64,000 nucleotides of DNA from Bacteroidota bacterium (GTDB lineage Bacteria > Bacteroidota > Bacteroidia > Chitinophagales > Chitinophagaceae). This document shows, one piece after another, positions 47,334 through 55,218 of this stretch (its first letter is position 1; every line of letters begins with the position of its first letter). The position numbers and the translations under genes are program-made. The stretch spans positions 24,243-88,242 of the forward strand of contig JBBCIL010000016.1 of the NCBI GenBank assembly GCA_037200265.1. Reading direction: 5' to 3'. The notes under the pieces are model-generated. The model did not search any database and was not told the origin of the DNA. It saw only the letters and a program-made list of their open reading frames with translations.

Positions 47334-47353
47334 CTCACAAAGAACACAAAGAG
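47334..47353. repeat. Left arm of the CACAAAG-family hairpin enclosing the GxxExxY ORF (E4)
   Basis: ctcacaaagaacacaaagag is complementary to 47781-47800 at about 16 of 18 positions. It is followed by tagcttgcagtttttatctgcaaac. Confidence 0.6.
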
Positions 47354-47387
47354 TAGCTTGCAGTTTTTATCTGCAAACTCTCTTTAT

Positions 47388-47767
47388 ATGAACGAAAATG
47401 AATTAGCCAGGATCGCTGTGACATATGTTATAAAATACACACTACATTGGTCCCGGACTTCTGGAAAGTGTGTATGAAGCTGCATTTGCTTACGAATTAG
47501 ATAAAGAAATATTTCTTATACCAGGCAGCAAGGAATTGCGTCAAAATATGAAACAACTATTCTGATGTTGGCTTCAGAGCAGATATTATTATGGAAAATA
47601 AGCTGATCATAGAAATAGAATCTGTTGAACATCTTGAAAAGGCATATCACAAAACCTTTCTGACATACCTGAAACTATCAGGGATCAAATTGGCTTTATT
47701 AATAAACTTTAATGTAAATCTCATAAAGGAAGGAATCCACAGGAAAATCCAGGGAGAATTGGTTTAG
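47388..47767 (+). pseudogene. GxxExxY family protein (PD-(D/E)XK-like small protein), heavily frameshifted
   Basis: Pieces NENELARIAV, GPGLLESVYEAAFAYELDKE, GFRADIIMENKLIIEIESVEHLEKAYHK, TYLKLSGIKLALLINFNVNLIKEGIHRK match the family consensus as I remember it. Confidence 0.7.
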
Positions 47768-47780
47768 AATAGTAACGAGG

Positions 47781-47800
47781 GTCTTTGTGGCTTTGTGGAC
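47781..47800. repeat. Right arm of the CACAAAG-family hairpin (E4)
   Basis: The reverse complement of gtctttgtggctttgtggac is gtccacaaagccacaaagac. Confidence 0.6.
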
Positions 47801-47811
47801 AAATTAACGAC

Positions 47812-48489
47812 ATGAAGAAACTAAAAAGAATACTGATTGTTCTCTTAATGCTGCTCATAGTCTTTATCGGCTATGTAGCAATCGTAAACCGTAACTCAAA
47901 GAATATGACCTACAGGCAAAAAGTACTGAAAGCCGTTTACCCGGCATTGATGTGGTGGGCGAAACTGACCGGCAAAAACACAAAAGAACTTGCCGGTACC
48001 CAACAACCCCCTGTTTCATTTTATACATTAAAAACTACGCTGAATAACGGATCGGAACTGGATCTTTCCACTTTAAAAGGGAAGAAAGTATTGCTGGTAA
48101 ATACCGCCAGCGATTGCGGTTACACGCACCAGTATGAAGACCTGCAAAAACTGGCTGAGGAATATAAAGACAAACTCGTGATCATAGGTTTTCCCGCCAA
48201 TGATTTTAAAGAACAGGAAAAAGGAACCGATGAGGAGATCGCCAAATTCTGCAAGCTCAATTATGGCGTCAGTTTTCCATTAATGAAGAAAAGCACCGTG
48301 ATCAAAGCGCCAGAACAGAATATCGTTTTTCAATGGCTCTCCGACTCTGCAAAGAATGGCTGGAACAACAATCCACCTTCCTGGAACTTTACCAAATACC
48401 TGGTGAATGAAGAGGGAGTGCTTGTAAATTATTTTGGCCCTTCCATATCTCCTTTAAGCAAAGATGTGCTGGACGCTGTTAAAAAATAA
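47812..48489 (+). CDS. Glutathione peroxidase family protein with N-terminal membrane anchor
   Basis: LVNTASDCGYTHQYEDLQKL, IIGFPANDFKEQE, FPLMKK, WNFTKYLV. The ATG at 47812 is preferred over the upstream alternative start in the track. Confidence 0.85.
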   Translation: MKKLKRILIVLLMLLIVFIGYVAIVNRNSKNMTYRQKVLKAVYPALMWWAKLTGKNTKELAGTQQPPVSFYTLKTTLNNGSELDLSTLKGKKVLLVNTASDCGYTHQYEDLQKLAEEYKDKLVIIGFPANDFKEQEKGTDEEIAKFCKLNYGVSFPLMKKSTVIKAPEQNIVFQWLSDSAKNGWNNNPPSWNFTKYLVNEEGVLVNYFGPSISPLSKDVLDAVKK

Positions 48490-48558
48490 CGCTTCGGGAA
48501 TGGGCAGGCTATTTGTAGGAAAAAAGAACCGGATCATTCTACTTAAACTATAATCACT

Positions 48559-48804
48559 ATGGGCTATAATGACATTATCGGTACTGTGGGTGTTGGCCTG
48601 ATACTGATGGCCTTTTTCTTAAGTACAGCAAAACTCATGGAGAGCAGCGGCAAATCGTATTTTGTACTGAATATTACCGGCGCCGCCCTGGCCTGTTACG
48701 CTTCTCTTCTCATCAACTACTGGCCTTTTGTGATACTGGAAGGAACATGGACCCTTGTTTCTATTTATGGATTAATGAAAGCCATGAAGATCAAAATGAC
48801 CTGA
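48559..48804 (+). CDS. Small three-helix membrane protein (hypothetical)
   Basis: 81-aa ORF with three hydrophobic segments. It is possibly CBU_0592-like, but I cannot verify this. Confidence 0.45.
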   Translation: MGYNDIIGTVGVGLILMAFFLSTAKLMESSGKSYFVLNITGAALACYASLLINYWPFVILEGTWTLVSIYGLMKAMKIKMT

Positions 48805-48806
48805 GA

Positions 48807-50588
48807 TCAGTCAATGATGCCCATTCTTTTCATCAGGAAAGAAGCGTTGAGTTTACTGCAAACCCCGTCTTTTAATTTATAGTCAAACAGTAATTCATCA
48901 TTTATGATGACGGATTCAAAACATTTGTTGCCCATATACCCCGGGTATTGCGCAGACATATCTGCGACAGTCAAATCATGCGTGGCGATAATGCCACAAG
49001 CCTGGTAATTTGCCAGCTTCCTGATCAACCCGACAGTGCCGTTGTGCTTATCATTACTGTTTGTTCCCCGCAATATCTCATCGAGAATAATAAATGTTTT
49101 CCTGTCGGAATGAAGATGCTCAATGATACTGTGCAGCCGCTTTAATTCGGCATAGAAAAGAGACTCACTATCCTGTAATGAATCGGTGATGCGCATGCTC
49201 ACATGCAGATCATAAGGAAATAAAGTAAAACTGCTGGCGCATACCGCGGAACCTGTTCTTGCCAGCACAAGATTAATACCCAGTGTGCGCAGGAAAGTGC
49301 TTTTCCCCGACATATTTGATCCTGTCAGCACAACGAATTTTTCGGGCTGAAAAGAAATATCATTACTCACTCTTTTCCGGCTGCGGATAAGCGGGTGACC
49401 CATACCTGTTGCCTGCAATTCTTCTTTGGCTGATAATTGCGGGTAACAAAATTCACTATTATTAAACGCCATATTGGCGAAAGAGTTAAGCGATTCAAAT
49501 TGCCCGATCACTTCCAGCCAGTTCATAACCGCGCCTGCGTGCTTAGTTTTCCATTTATCCAATGCAAAAAGAATATGCACATGAAAAATAAAAAGGCCAT
49601 TTAACAGTATACTGACCGCGAGATTGATAATAAAATCCAGGTAGCCGAATAAGGAAGCCAGCCGTGCGATTGTTTGTGATGCTGTCAGCGCATTGTGTTT
49701 TAGCTTTCCCTGCAATTGCTGCAGCAAAGGCGATACGAATGGCTGCTTTTCGATCGCTTTTAACTGTCCGGCAAATTGCTGAAGCACTTTGGTAACAGCG
49801 GTAGAGATGGAAACCTGCTTCATCATCTTCCGGGCGAAGGAAAAAGTAACGAAGAGATTAAGCGTAAATAAGGAAAAGAAGGTATTAAGTAACTGATCAC
49901 TTCCTGTAAAGAAATAAGTGCACAATACTGTAAGCGTCGCCAACGGGAAAACCAGCAGCATATAATAAAAAATGGGGCGGCTGAACGTAGCAGAAGCGCC
50001 GATCCAGCTTTTTAGTTTATCAAGGTCTTTTTGTTCCGCCAGATGAATGCTGCCCAGCGCCTGTATATCCTGGCGAAAATCAGGTTTGCCGGATAATTCT
50101 TTTATAGCCGCCTGTCTTTCTTTTATAATAGTTGTATCGGGATGAAGCAATGATTGGGCAAGGTCTTTTTTACCAAAAGTGGTAGTAGTACGGTTGAGAA
50201 ATTTGTACAAGGATCCTTCTCCAAAAAGATCGAGGTCGTAAGAGTAAGGATGATGCGGATCAATATACTCTTTACCGTCTGCATACACCGCGCCTTCATT
50301 ATTCAGAAAACTGATCTCGTTTGTATTGATATCCATTAGTGCTTTGGTGAAATCTGCTTTACCTTTTATCATATCATATAAGCGGATACAATACAGGAAA
50401 GCACCGAGCAGCAGTATTGCAATAATCAGCCAGTGCCATTCCCGATGAACGAGGTAATAATAACCAAACCCGATAACAGCAATGAAAAGAGCCAGCCGGG
50501 TAAAACTCAGCCAGCCGAGCTTTTTATTCAGGTTGGTATATTCAGCGGAATATTTGGAAAGTAGTTGCTGGTAAGTCGCTAAGGGCAT
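48807..50588 (-). CDS. MutS-related protein: N-terminal multi-TM region fused to a MutS domain-V ATPase, with no mismatch-binding domain
   Basis: 593-aa intact ORF. Motifs seen: Walker A LTGSNMSGKSTFLRTLG, ILDEILRGTN, THD. TM helices lie near residues 25-75 and 200-330. Confidence 0.8.
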   Translation of the reverse strand: MPLATYQQLLSKYSAEYTNLNKKLGWLSFTRLALFIAVIGFGYYYLVHREWHWLIIAILLLGAFLYCIRLYDMIKGKADFTKALMDINTNEISFLNNEGAVYADGKEYIDPHHPYSYDLDLFGEGSLYKFLNRTTTTFGKKDLAQSLLHPDTTIIKERQAAIKELSGKPDFRQDIQALGSIHLAEQKDLDKLKSWIGASATFSRPIFYYMLLVFPLATLTVLCTYFFTGSDQLLNTFFSLFTLNLFVTFSFARKMMKQVSISTAVTKVLQQFAGQLKAIEKQPFVSPLLQQLQGKLKHNALTASQTIARLASLFGYLDFIINLAVSILLNGLFIFHVHILFALDKWKTKHAGAVMNWLEVIGQFESLNSFANMAFNNSEFCYPQLSAKEELQATGMGHPLIRSRKRVSNDISFQPEKFVVLTGSNMSGKSTFLRTLGINLVLARTGSAVCASSFTLFPYDLHVSMRITDSLQDSESLFYAELKRLHSIIEHLHSDRKTFIILDEILRGTNSNDKHNGTVGLIRKLANYQACGIIATHDLTVADMSAQYPGYMGNKCFESVIINDELLFDYKLKDGVCSKLNASFLMKRMGIID

Positions 50589-50658
50589 ACAGAATATATT
50601 GTTGAATAGCGGACGGTTTAGTTAGAAGAGTTATCGCACTCTCTTTAAGAACGGGAAA

Positions 50659-51735
50659 TTATACCGGGCATTTTTCATGATAGTTCACCAGTTCAATAGG
50701 TGTTTTTTCAAATGCAAAGTCTGAGTACACCGTTGATATCTCGTTCAGCACTTCATCTATTTCTTCCACTGTTTTCAGCGTAACGAGCTTATTGCGGTAA
50801 TCTTTGATATTCGGTAATCCTTTCAGGTAATTCGCATAGTGACGACGCATTTCGTTGATACCAACAACCGGGTTCTTCCATTCAACGGATTTATGCAAAT
50901 GCTTGCGGCACACATTCACCCTGTCTGCAATAGTTGGTGATGGTAAATGTTCTCCTGTTTGTACAAAATGTTTGATCTCATTGAATATCCATGGGTAACC
51001 GATAGCCGCCCGCCCGATCATGATACCATCCACACCATACCGGTTCTTATACTCTACCGCTTTTTCCGGCGAGTCAATATCGCCATTGCCAAAAATGGGA
51101 ATATGGATACGGGGGTTATTCTTCACTTTACCTATCAGCGTCCAGTCAGCCTGCCCTTTATACATTTGTGTGCGGGTACGCCCATGAATAGCCAGCGCTT
51201 TGATACCTACATCCTGCAAACGCTCTGCTACTTCTTCGATATTCCTTGTATTATCATCCCATCCCAGTCTTGTTTTGACGGTAACGGGGAGTTTGGTGGC
51301 TTTTACTACGGCATCTGTAAGGCGAACCATCAGGTCAATATCTTTCAGCACACCCGCGCCGGCGCCTTTCAATGCTACTTTTTTTACCGGGCAGCCAAAA
51401 TTGATATCCAGCAGGTCAGGGTTCGTCACTTCAACGATCTTAGCGGCTAAAGCTAAACTCTCTTCATCACCACCGAATATCTGTATGCCCACAGGTCGTT
51501 CGTAATCGAAAATATCCAGCTTTTTACGGCTTTTAATGGCATCACGTATCAACCCTTCCGAAGAAATGAATTCAGTGTACATCAGGTCGGCGCCATTGTC
51601 TTTGCATACTGCACGGAATGGCGGATCGCTTACATCCTCCATCGGAGCGAGTAAGAGAGGAAAATCGGGGAGTTGTATGTCGCCTATTTTTACCACGGAT
51701 GACAGGTGCCTGGTGACAGGTGTGAGGAGGGTCAT
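50659..51735 (-). CDS. dusB: tRNA dihydrouridine synthase DusB
   Basis: 358-aa intact ORF with LAPMEDVSDPPFR, DINFGCPVKKV and HGRTRTQMYKGQADW. Confidence 0.88.
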   Translation of the reverse strand: MTLLTPVTRHLSSVVKIGDIQLPDFPLLLAPMEDVSDPPFRAVCKDNGADLMYTEFISSEGLIRDAIKSRKKLDIFDYERPVGIQIFGGDEESLALAAKIVEVTNPDLLDINFGCPVKKVALKGAGAGVLKDIDLMVRLTDAVVKATKLPVTVKTRLGWDDNTRNIEEVAERLQDVGIKALAIHGRTRTQMYKGQADWTLIGKVKNNPRIHIPIFGNGDIDSPEKAVEYKNRYGVDGIMIGRAAIGYPWIFNEIKHFVQTGEHLPSPTIADRVNVCRKHLHKSVEWKNPVVGINEMRRHYANYLKGLPNIKDYRNKLVTLKTVEEIDEVLNEISTVYSDFAFEKTPIELVNYHEKCPV

Positions 51736-51756
51736 TTATTTTACCCTGGCAGCTCA

Positions 51757-51778
51757 CAACTGACAACTGACAACTAAT
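51757..51778. repeat. Direct heptamer words acaactg x3 in the dusB/CPBP divergent intergenic region
   Basis: cacaactgacaactgacaacta, with no inverted partner nearby. Confidence 0.6.
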
Positions 51779-51782
51779 TTTG
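51775..51782 (+). promoter_or_regulatory. Candidate Bacteroidota -7 promoter box (TAnnTTTG) for the CPBP gene
   Basis: TAATTTTG lies 35 nt upstream of the ATG at 51817. No clear -33 TTTG was found. Confidence 0.3.
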
Positions 51783-51816
51783 AGCCTGTAAACTTACGAT
51801 TTAATCGTTGAAAATT

Positions 51817-52734
51817 ATGTACGACAGCAATTCGAAGGGGATTTCCTATGCGGCAGGATTTTTTATATTGATCGCTTTTGCCATAGCGGGTATTATCTTT
51901 TCCAACCTGATCGCTATCCAGGTATGGGTCGTCATAACGGGAAAAAGCTCGGAAGAGTCACTGACTGGCATGACCGACCCGGCCAATTCCAATATATATA
52001 AGCTGATGCAGGTCATCAATATGCTTGGCTTTTTTATCCCCCCGGTAATAGCGGCTAATTTTTTAAATAAGCATCCTTTACGATTACTGGGGTTTTCCTC
52101 CCGCATCACGCTGAAACAGGTTGGGGTAGTATGTTTTATTATAGCGGCGGCATTATTCGTGGGCGGCGGATTGAGTCATGTTAACGAACAAATCCCTATA
52201 TCGCCCGCCTGGAAGGCGACATTTGATAAACTCGAAGAGAGCTACAAGGAACAGGCCAGCGCCATACTTGGATTAAAAAATGGTGGCGATTATATACTTG
52301 CGTTGATTGTCATGGGATTTGTTCCCGCTTTTTGTGAAGAGACCTTGTTTCGCGGGGGATTGCAGAATTTTCTTACCCGTTCTACCCGCAATCCGTGGCT
52401 GTCGGTCATTATTGTTAGTCTTATTTTCAGTGCCGCCCATTTTTCTTTTTACGGTTTCCTGTTCCGTTTTCTCCTGGGGGCTGTATTAGGTTTTATCTAT
52501 TATTATTCAGGGAATTTATGGCTCAGTATCCTGGCGCATTTTATCAACAACGCATTTGTTGTAACGGTATATTATATCTATATCCGCCAGGGAAAGCCTG
52601 CTGCAGCGGCAATGGCAGAATCAAACTCTTCGTACTGGGGGCTTTTGGCATTGCCGGTACTGATCCTGCTGTTCATGACATTTAAAAGGCTGTCTTATGG
52701 CTCTGAACTGTTAACCAGGCAGTCGAATAATTAA
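51817..52734 (+). CDS. CPBP family intramembrane glutamic endopeptidase (CAAX protease-like)
   Basis: FCEETLFRGGLQNFL, SAAHFSF and HFINNAF motifs in a polytopic protein. Confidence 0.8.
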   Translation: MYDSNSKGISYAAGFFILIAFAIAGIIFSNLIAIQVWVVITGKSSEESLTGMTDPANSNIYKLMQVINMLGFFIPPVIAANFLNKHPLRLLGFSSRITLKQVGVVCFIIAAALFVGGGLSHVNEQIPISPAWKATFDKLEESYKEQASAILGLKNGGDYILALIVMGFVPAFCEETLFRGGLQNFLTRSTRNPWLSVIIVSLIFSAAHFSFYGFLFRFLLGAVLGFIYYYSGNLWLSILAHFINNAFVVTVYYIYIRQGKPAAAAMAESNSSYWGLLALPVLILLFMTFKRLSYGSELLTRQSNN

Positions 52735-52782
52735 GCTGTATGATATATCTATCTTCAACCTGTTAACCAATAACCATCCTGC

Positions 52783-53655
52783 ATGGCATTCAACTGGCAA
52801 ACATTCAGAACAAGAACAGTAACGGCAATCGTTTTCGCGGCGGTGATGCTGACCGGGTTGTTATGGAATCACTGGAGCTTCCTGGTATTGTTTTCCATTA
52901 TTCATTTCGGTTGCTGGTGGGAGTATTTAAAATTGACAGAAAAAATTCACCATATCTTTTTTCACCCGTATATCAAGCTGGGTTTTATGCTGACCGGCTA
53001 TGGGCTGATGTTATGGTTTTGCGGACCGGCATATAAGATAAATGGCTATGGCTTAAAAGAGAATTTTTCTTTATCCATATCAGCTGCGGGATTTGTTTTA
53101 ATGATGATAGGTATTTTTCAGAAAAATACAGTTAAGATAAAAGCTTTTGGTGCTGCAGCCCTGGGGTTACTGTATATATCGCTTAGCTGGGGCGCCATGA
53201 TAAGTCTTTACAGGGAGTACGATATTCATTTTTATGATACCATGTATGTTTTGGGATTTACTTTTTTCATCCCTTTACTCATTATTATATCTATCTGGAT
53301 CAATGATACCATGGCTTACATAGTAGGTTCTCTCATAGGAAAAACTCCTTTGTCGAAAGTTTCTCCCAAAAAAACATGGGAAGGAACAATTGGCGGAGTT
53401 ATCCTCAGTATAGTGGTAGTAGGCCTTATCTCATTTTATGGCTTACAATTAGGGCGGCTTACTATTCTTATTATGATCATCGCAGCTATAGCAGCTATTA
53501 CCGGCACCTTTGGCGATCTTCTCGAATCCAAGCTCAAACGTATGGCCGGTGTAAAAGACAGCGGCAGCCTGATGCCGGGGCATGGCGGTTTTCTCGACCG
53601 GTTCGATTCCTTGCTGCTGGCCACTCCTTTTGTCTGGCTGTTCATGAACTTTTAA
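52783..53655 (+). CDS. cdsA: Phosphatidate cytidylyltransferase CdsA
   Basis: SPKKTWEGTIGG and GDLLESKLKRMAGVKDSGSLMPGHGGFLDRFDSLL signature. Confidence 0.88.
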   Translation: MAFNWQTFRTRTVTAIVFAAVMLTGLLWNHWSFLVLFSIIHFGCWWEYLKLTEKIHHIFFHPYIKLGFMLTGYGLMLWFCGPAYKINGYGLKENFSLSISAAGFVLMMIGIFQKNTVKIKAFGAAALGLLYISLSWGAMISLYREYDIHFYDTMYVLGFTFFIPLLIIISIWINDTMAYIVGSLIGKTPLSKVSPKKTWEGTIGGVILSIVVVGLISFYGLQLGRLTILIMIIAAIAAITGTFGDLLESKLKRMAGVKDSGSLMPGHGGFLDRFDSLLLATPFVWLFMNF

Positions 53656-53707
53656 TTCACTAACTGTTTGCCGTTGCCTATTGCCCATTGACTACTCACC
53701 ATTTCGT

Positions 53708-53715
53708 TATATTTG
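53708..53715 (+). promoter_or_regulatory. Candidate -7 promoter box (TAnnTTTG) upstream of psd
   Basis: TATATTTG lies 18 nt upstream of the ATG at 53733. Confidence 0.3.
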
Positions 53716-53732
53716 CGCATTAATCAGACTCA

Positions 53733-54389
53733 ATGACCATTCATAAAGAAGGCTATACATCAATTGCAGTAGCAGCGATCATATTCGGTGTTATTAATCT
53801 TTTATCGTTTTATTTTTTCAGTTTTGAACAGCCCATCATCACCTCGGTCCTCTTTATTATTACCCTTGGCCTGTTCCTGTTCATCATATCTTTTTTCCGT
53901 ATCCCCAAAAGAAAACTGACCATACAGGAAAATGCGATCGTTGCCCCTGCTGATGGTAAAGTGGTGGTAATTGAAGAAGTGCAGGCCGATGAATATTTTA
54001 CCGACCGCCGCATACAGGTATCCATATTTATGAGCCCGCTCAATGTACATGTGAACCGCAACCCCATCAGTGGTGAGGTAGCATACAGCCAATACCACAA
54101 AGGAAAATACCTCGTAGCCTGGCATCCTAAATCATCTACAGAAAATGAAAGGCATTCAGTTGTATATCGGAAAGGGGGGAAAGAAATACTCGTAAAACAG
54201 ATCGCCGGCGCTTTGGCCAGGCGCATCATCAATTACCTCAAAGCAGGCCAGATAGTAAAGCAAACCGATGAAATGGGTTTTATCAAATTCGGCTCAAGGG
54301 TGGATCTTCTTTTACCTCTCGATGCAAAGATCAATGTGAAGATCGGGGATACACCACAGGGTGGGGTCACTGTGATCGCAACATGGTAA
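53733..54389 (+). CDS. psd: Phosphatidylserine decarboxylase family protein (short membrane-anchored type)
   Basis: 218 aa with two N-terminal TM helices, FMSPLNVHVNRNPISG, and FGSRVDLLLP (pro-enzyme cleavage region). Confidence 0.85.
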   Translation: MTIHKEGYTSIAVAAIIFGVINLLSFYFFSFEQPIITSVLFIITLGLFLFIISFFRIPKRKLTIQENAIVAPADGKVVVIEEVQADEYFTDRRIQVSIFMSPLNVHVNRNPISGEVAYSQYHKGKYLVAWHPKSSTENERHSVVYRKGGKEILVKQIAGALARRIINYLKAGQIVKQTDEMGFIKFGSRVDLLLPLDAKINVKIGDTPQGGVTVIATW

Positions 54390-54425
54390 GTATCCGCCAG
54401 CCTTATGAAATGCTGATCTCACTGA

Positions 54426-55136
54426 TCAGAATATTTTTTCCAGTTCTTTCAATGAGTAAACGGTATAAGTAGGGAATTTTTTACCTGCAACAAGTGCCGG
54501 CTCCTTTGTCAGGTGATTCACATGCACCTGGTCAATACCCGCATTCACAGCTCCAAGAATATCTACGTCTATCGTATCGCCGATCATAATACTTTCTGCC
54601 GGCTTCGCCGATGCTTTTTGAAAAGCAAATTCGAATATTTCTTTTTGCGGCTTTAAACTATTGGAACCTTCAGACGTGATCACCACCTTAAAAAAAACAT
54701 CAAGGCCCGAGTATTTCAGTTTGCTATGCTGTGTTTTTTCAAAACCATTGGTGATAAGGTGTAACTGATAGCCCCGGCCGGCCAGGTATTGCAGTGTCTC
54801 CTTCGTATCGGGAAATAACAAAGTTCGTGTAGGCAGCAGGTCGAGAAACCGCGTATTCATCTCCTGTGCAAGCTTATCATCTGCTATTTTAAAATCCAGT
54901 AAGGCCAGCCACATTCTTTTTACCCGCAGCTCTTCCTGTTTGATATAGCCTTTGCGGTATCTTTCCCAGAGTTTATCATTATGCACAAGGTAATTCCTGT
55001 AAAAAAGTTCAAAATCATGCACTCCTCTTTCCTGCAATTTCAGGGAGTCATATAATTCGGTAAGCGTGGTGCGGGCATTGGCTTCAAAATCCCATAAGGT
55101 ATGATCAAGATCGAAGAAGAGGTGACGGTATTTCAT
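54426..55136 (-). CDS. HAD-superfamily hydrolase (YjjG-like noncanonical pyrimidine nucleotidase family)
   Basis: FFDLDHTLWDF (DxD motif), ITNG and IGDTIDVDILGA. The internal Met at 55136 is taken as the start. Confidence 0.75.
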   Translation of the reverse strand: MKYRHLFFDLDHTLWDFEANARTTLTELYDSLKLQERGVHDFELFYRNYLVHNDKLWERYRKGYIKQEELRVKRMWLALLDFKIADDKLAQEMNTRFLDLLPTRTLLFPDTKETLQYLAGRGYQLHLITNGFEKTQHSKLKYSGLDVFFKVVITSEGSNSLKPQKEIFEFAFQKASAKPAESIMIGDTIDVDILGAVNAGIDQVHVNHLTKEPALVAGKKFPTYTVYSLKELEKIF

Positions 55137-55143
55137 ATTTGCA

Positions 55144-55200
55144 AAGTACGAACTACGAAGTAAGAAGTATGTTTTATACACAGAAAAGTTCGTACTTCGT
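55144..55200. repeat. Word hairpin built from gtacgaa/tacgaag words in the divergent HAD/SDR intergenic region
   Basis: aagtacgaac (55144-55153) pairs with gttcgtactt (55188-55197). The left flank is aagtacgaactacgaagtaagaagta. Confidence 0.55.
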
Positions 55201-55218
55201 ATCTCAAATATCGTAGTT

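Noticed and set aside
1-47811. Alternative genetic code, programmed frameshifting or transcript editing as an explanation for the broken genes.
   Set aside because: The breaks are frame changes in both directions at unrelated sequence contexts, not reassigned stop codons. TAA, TAG and TGA all terminate intact genes in the same window, and no slippery-heptamer or pseudoknot pattern recurs.
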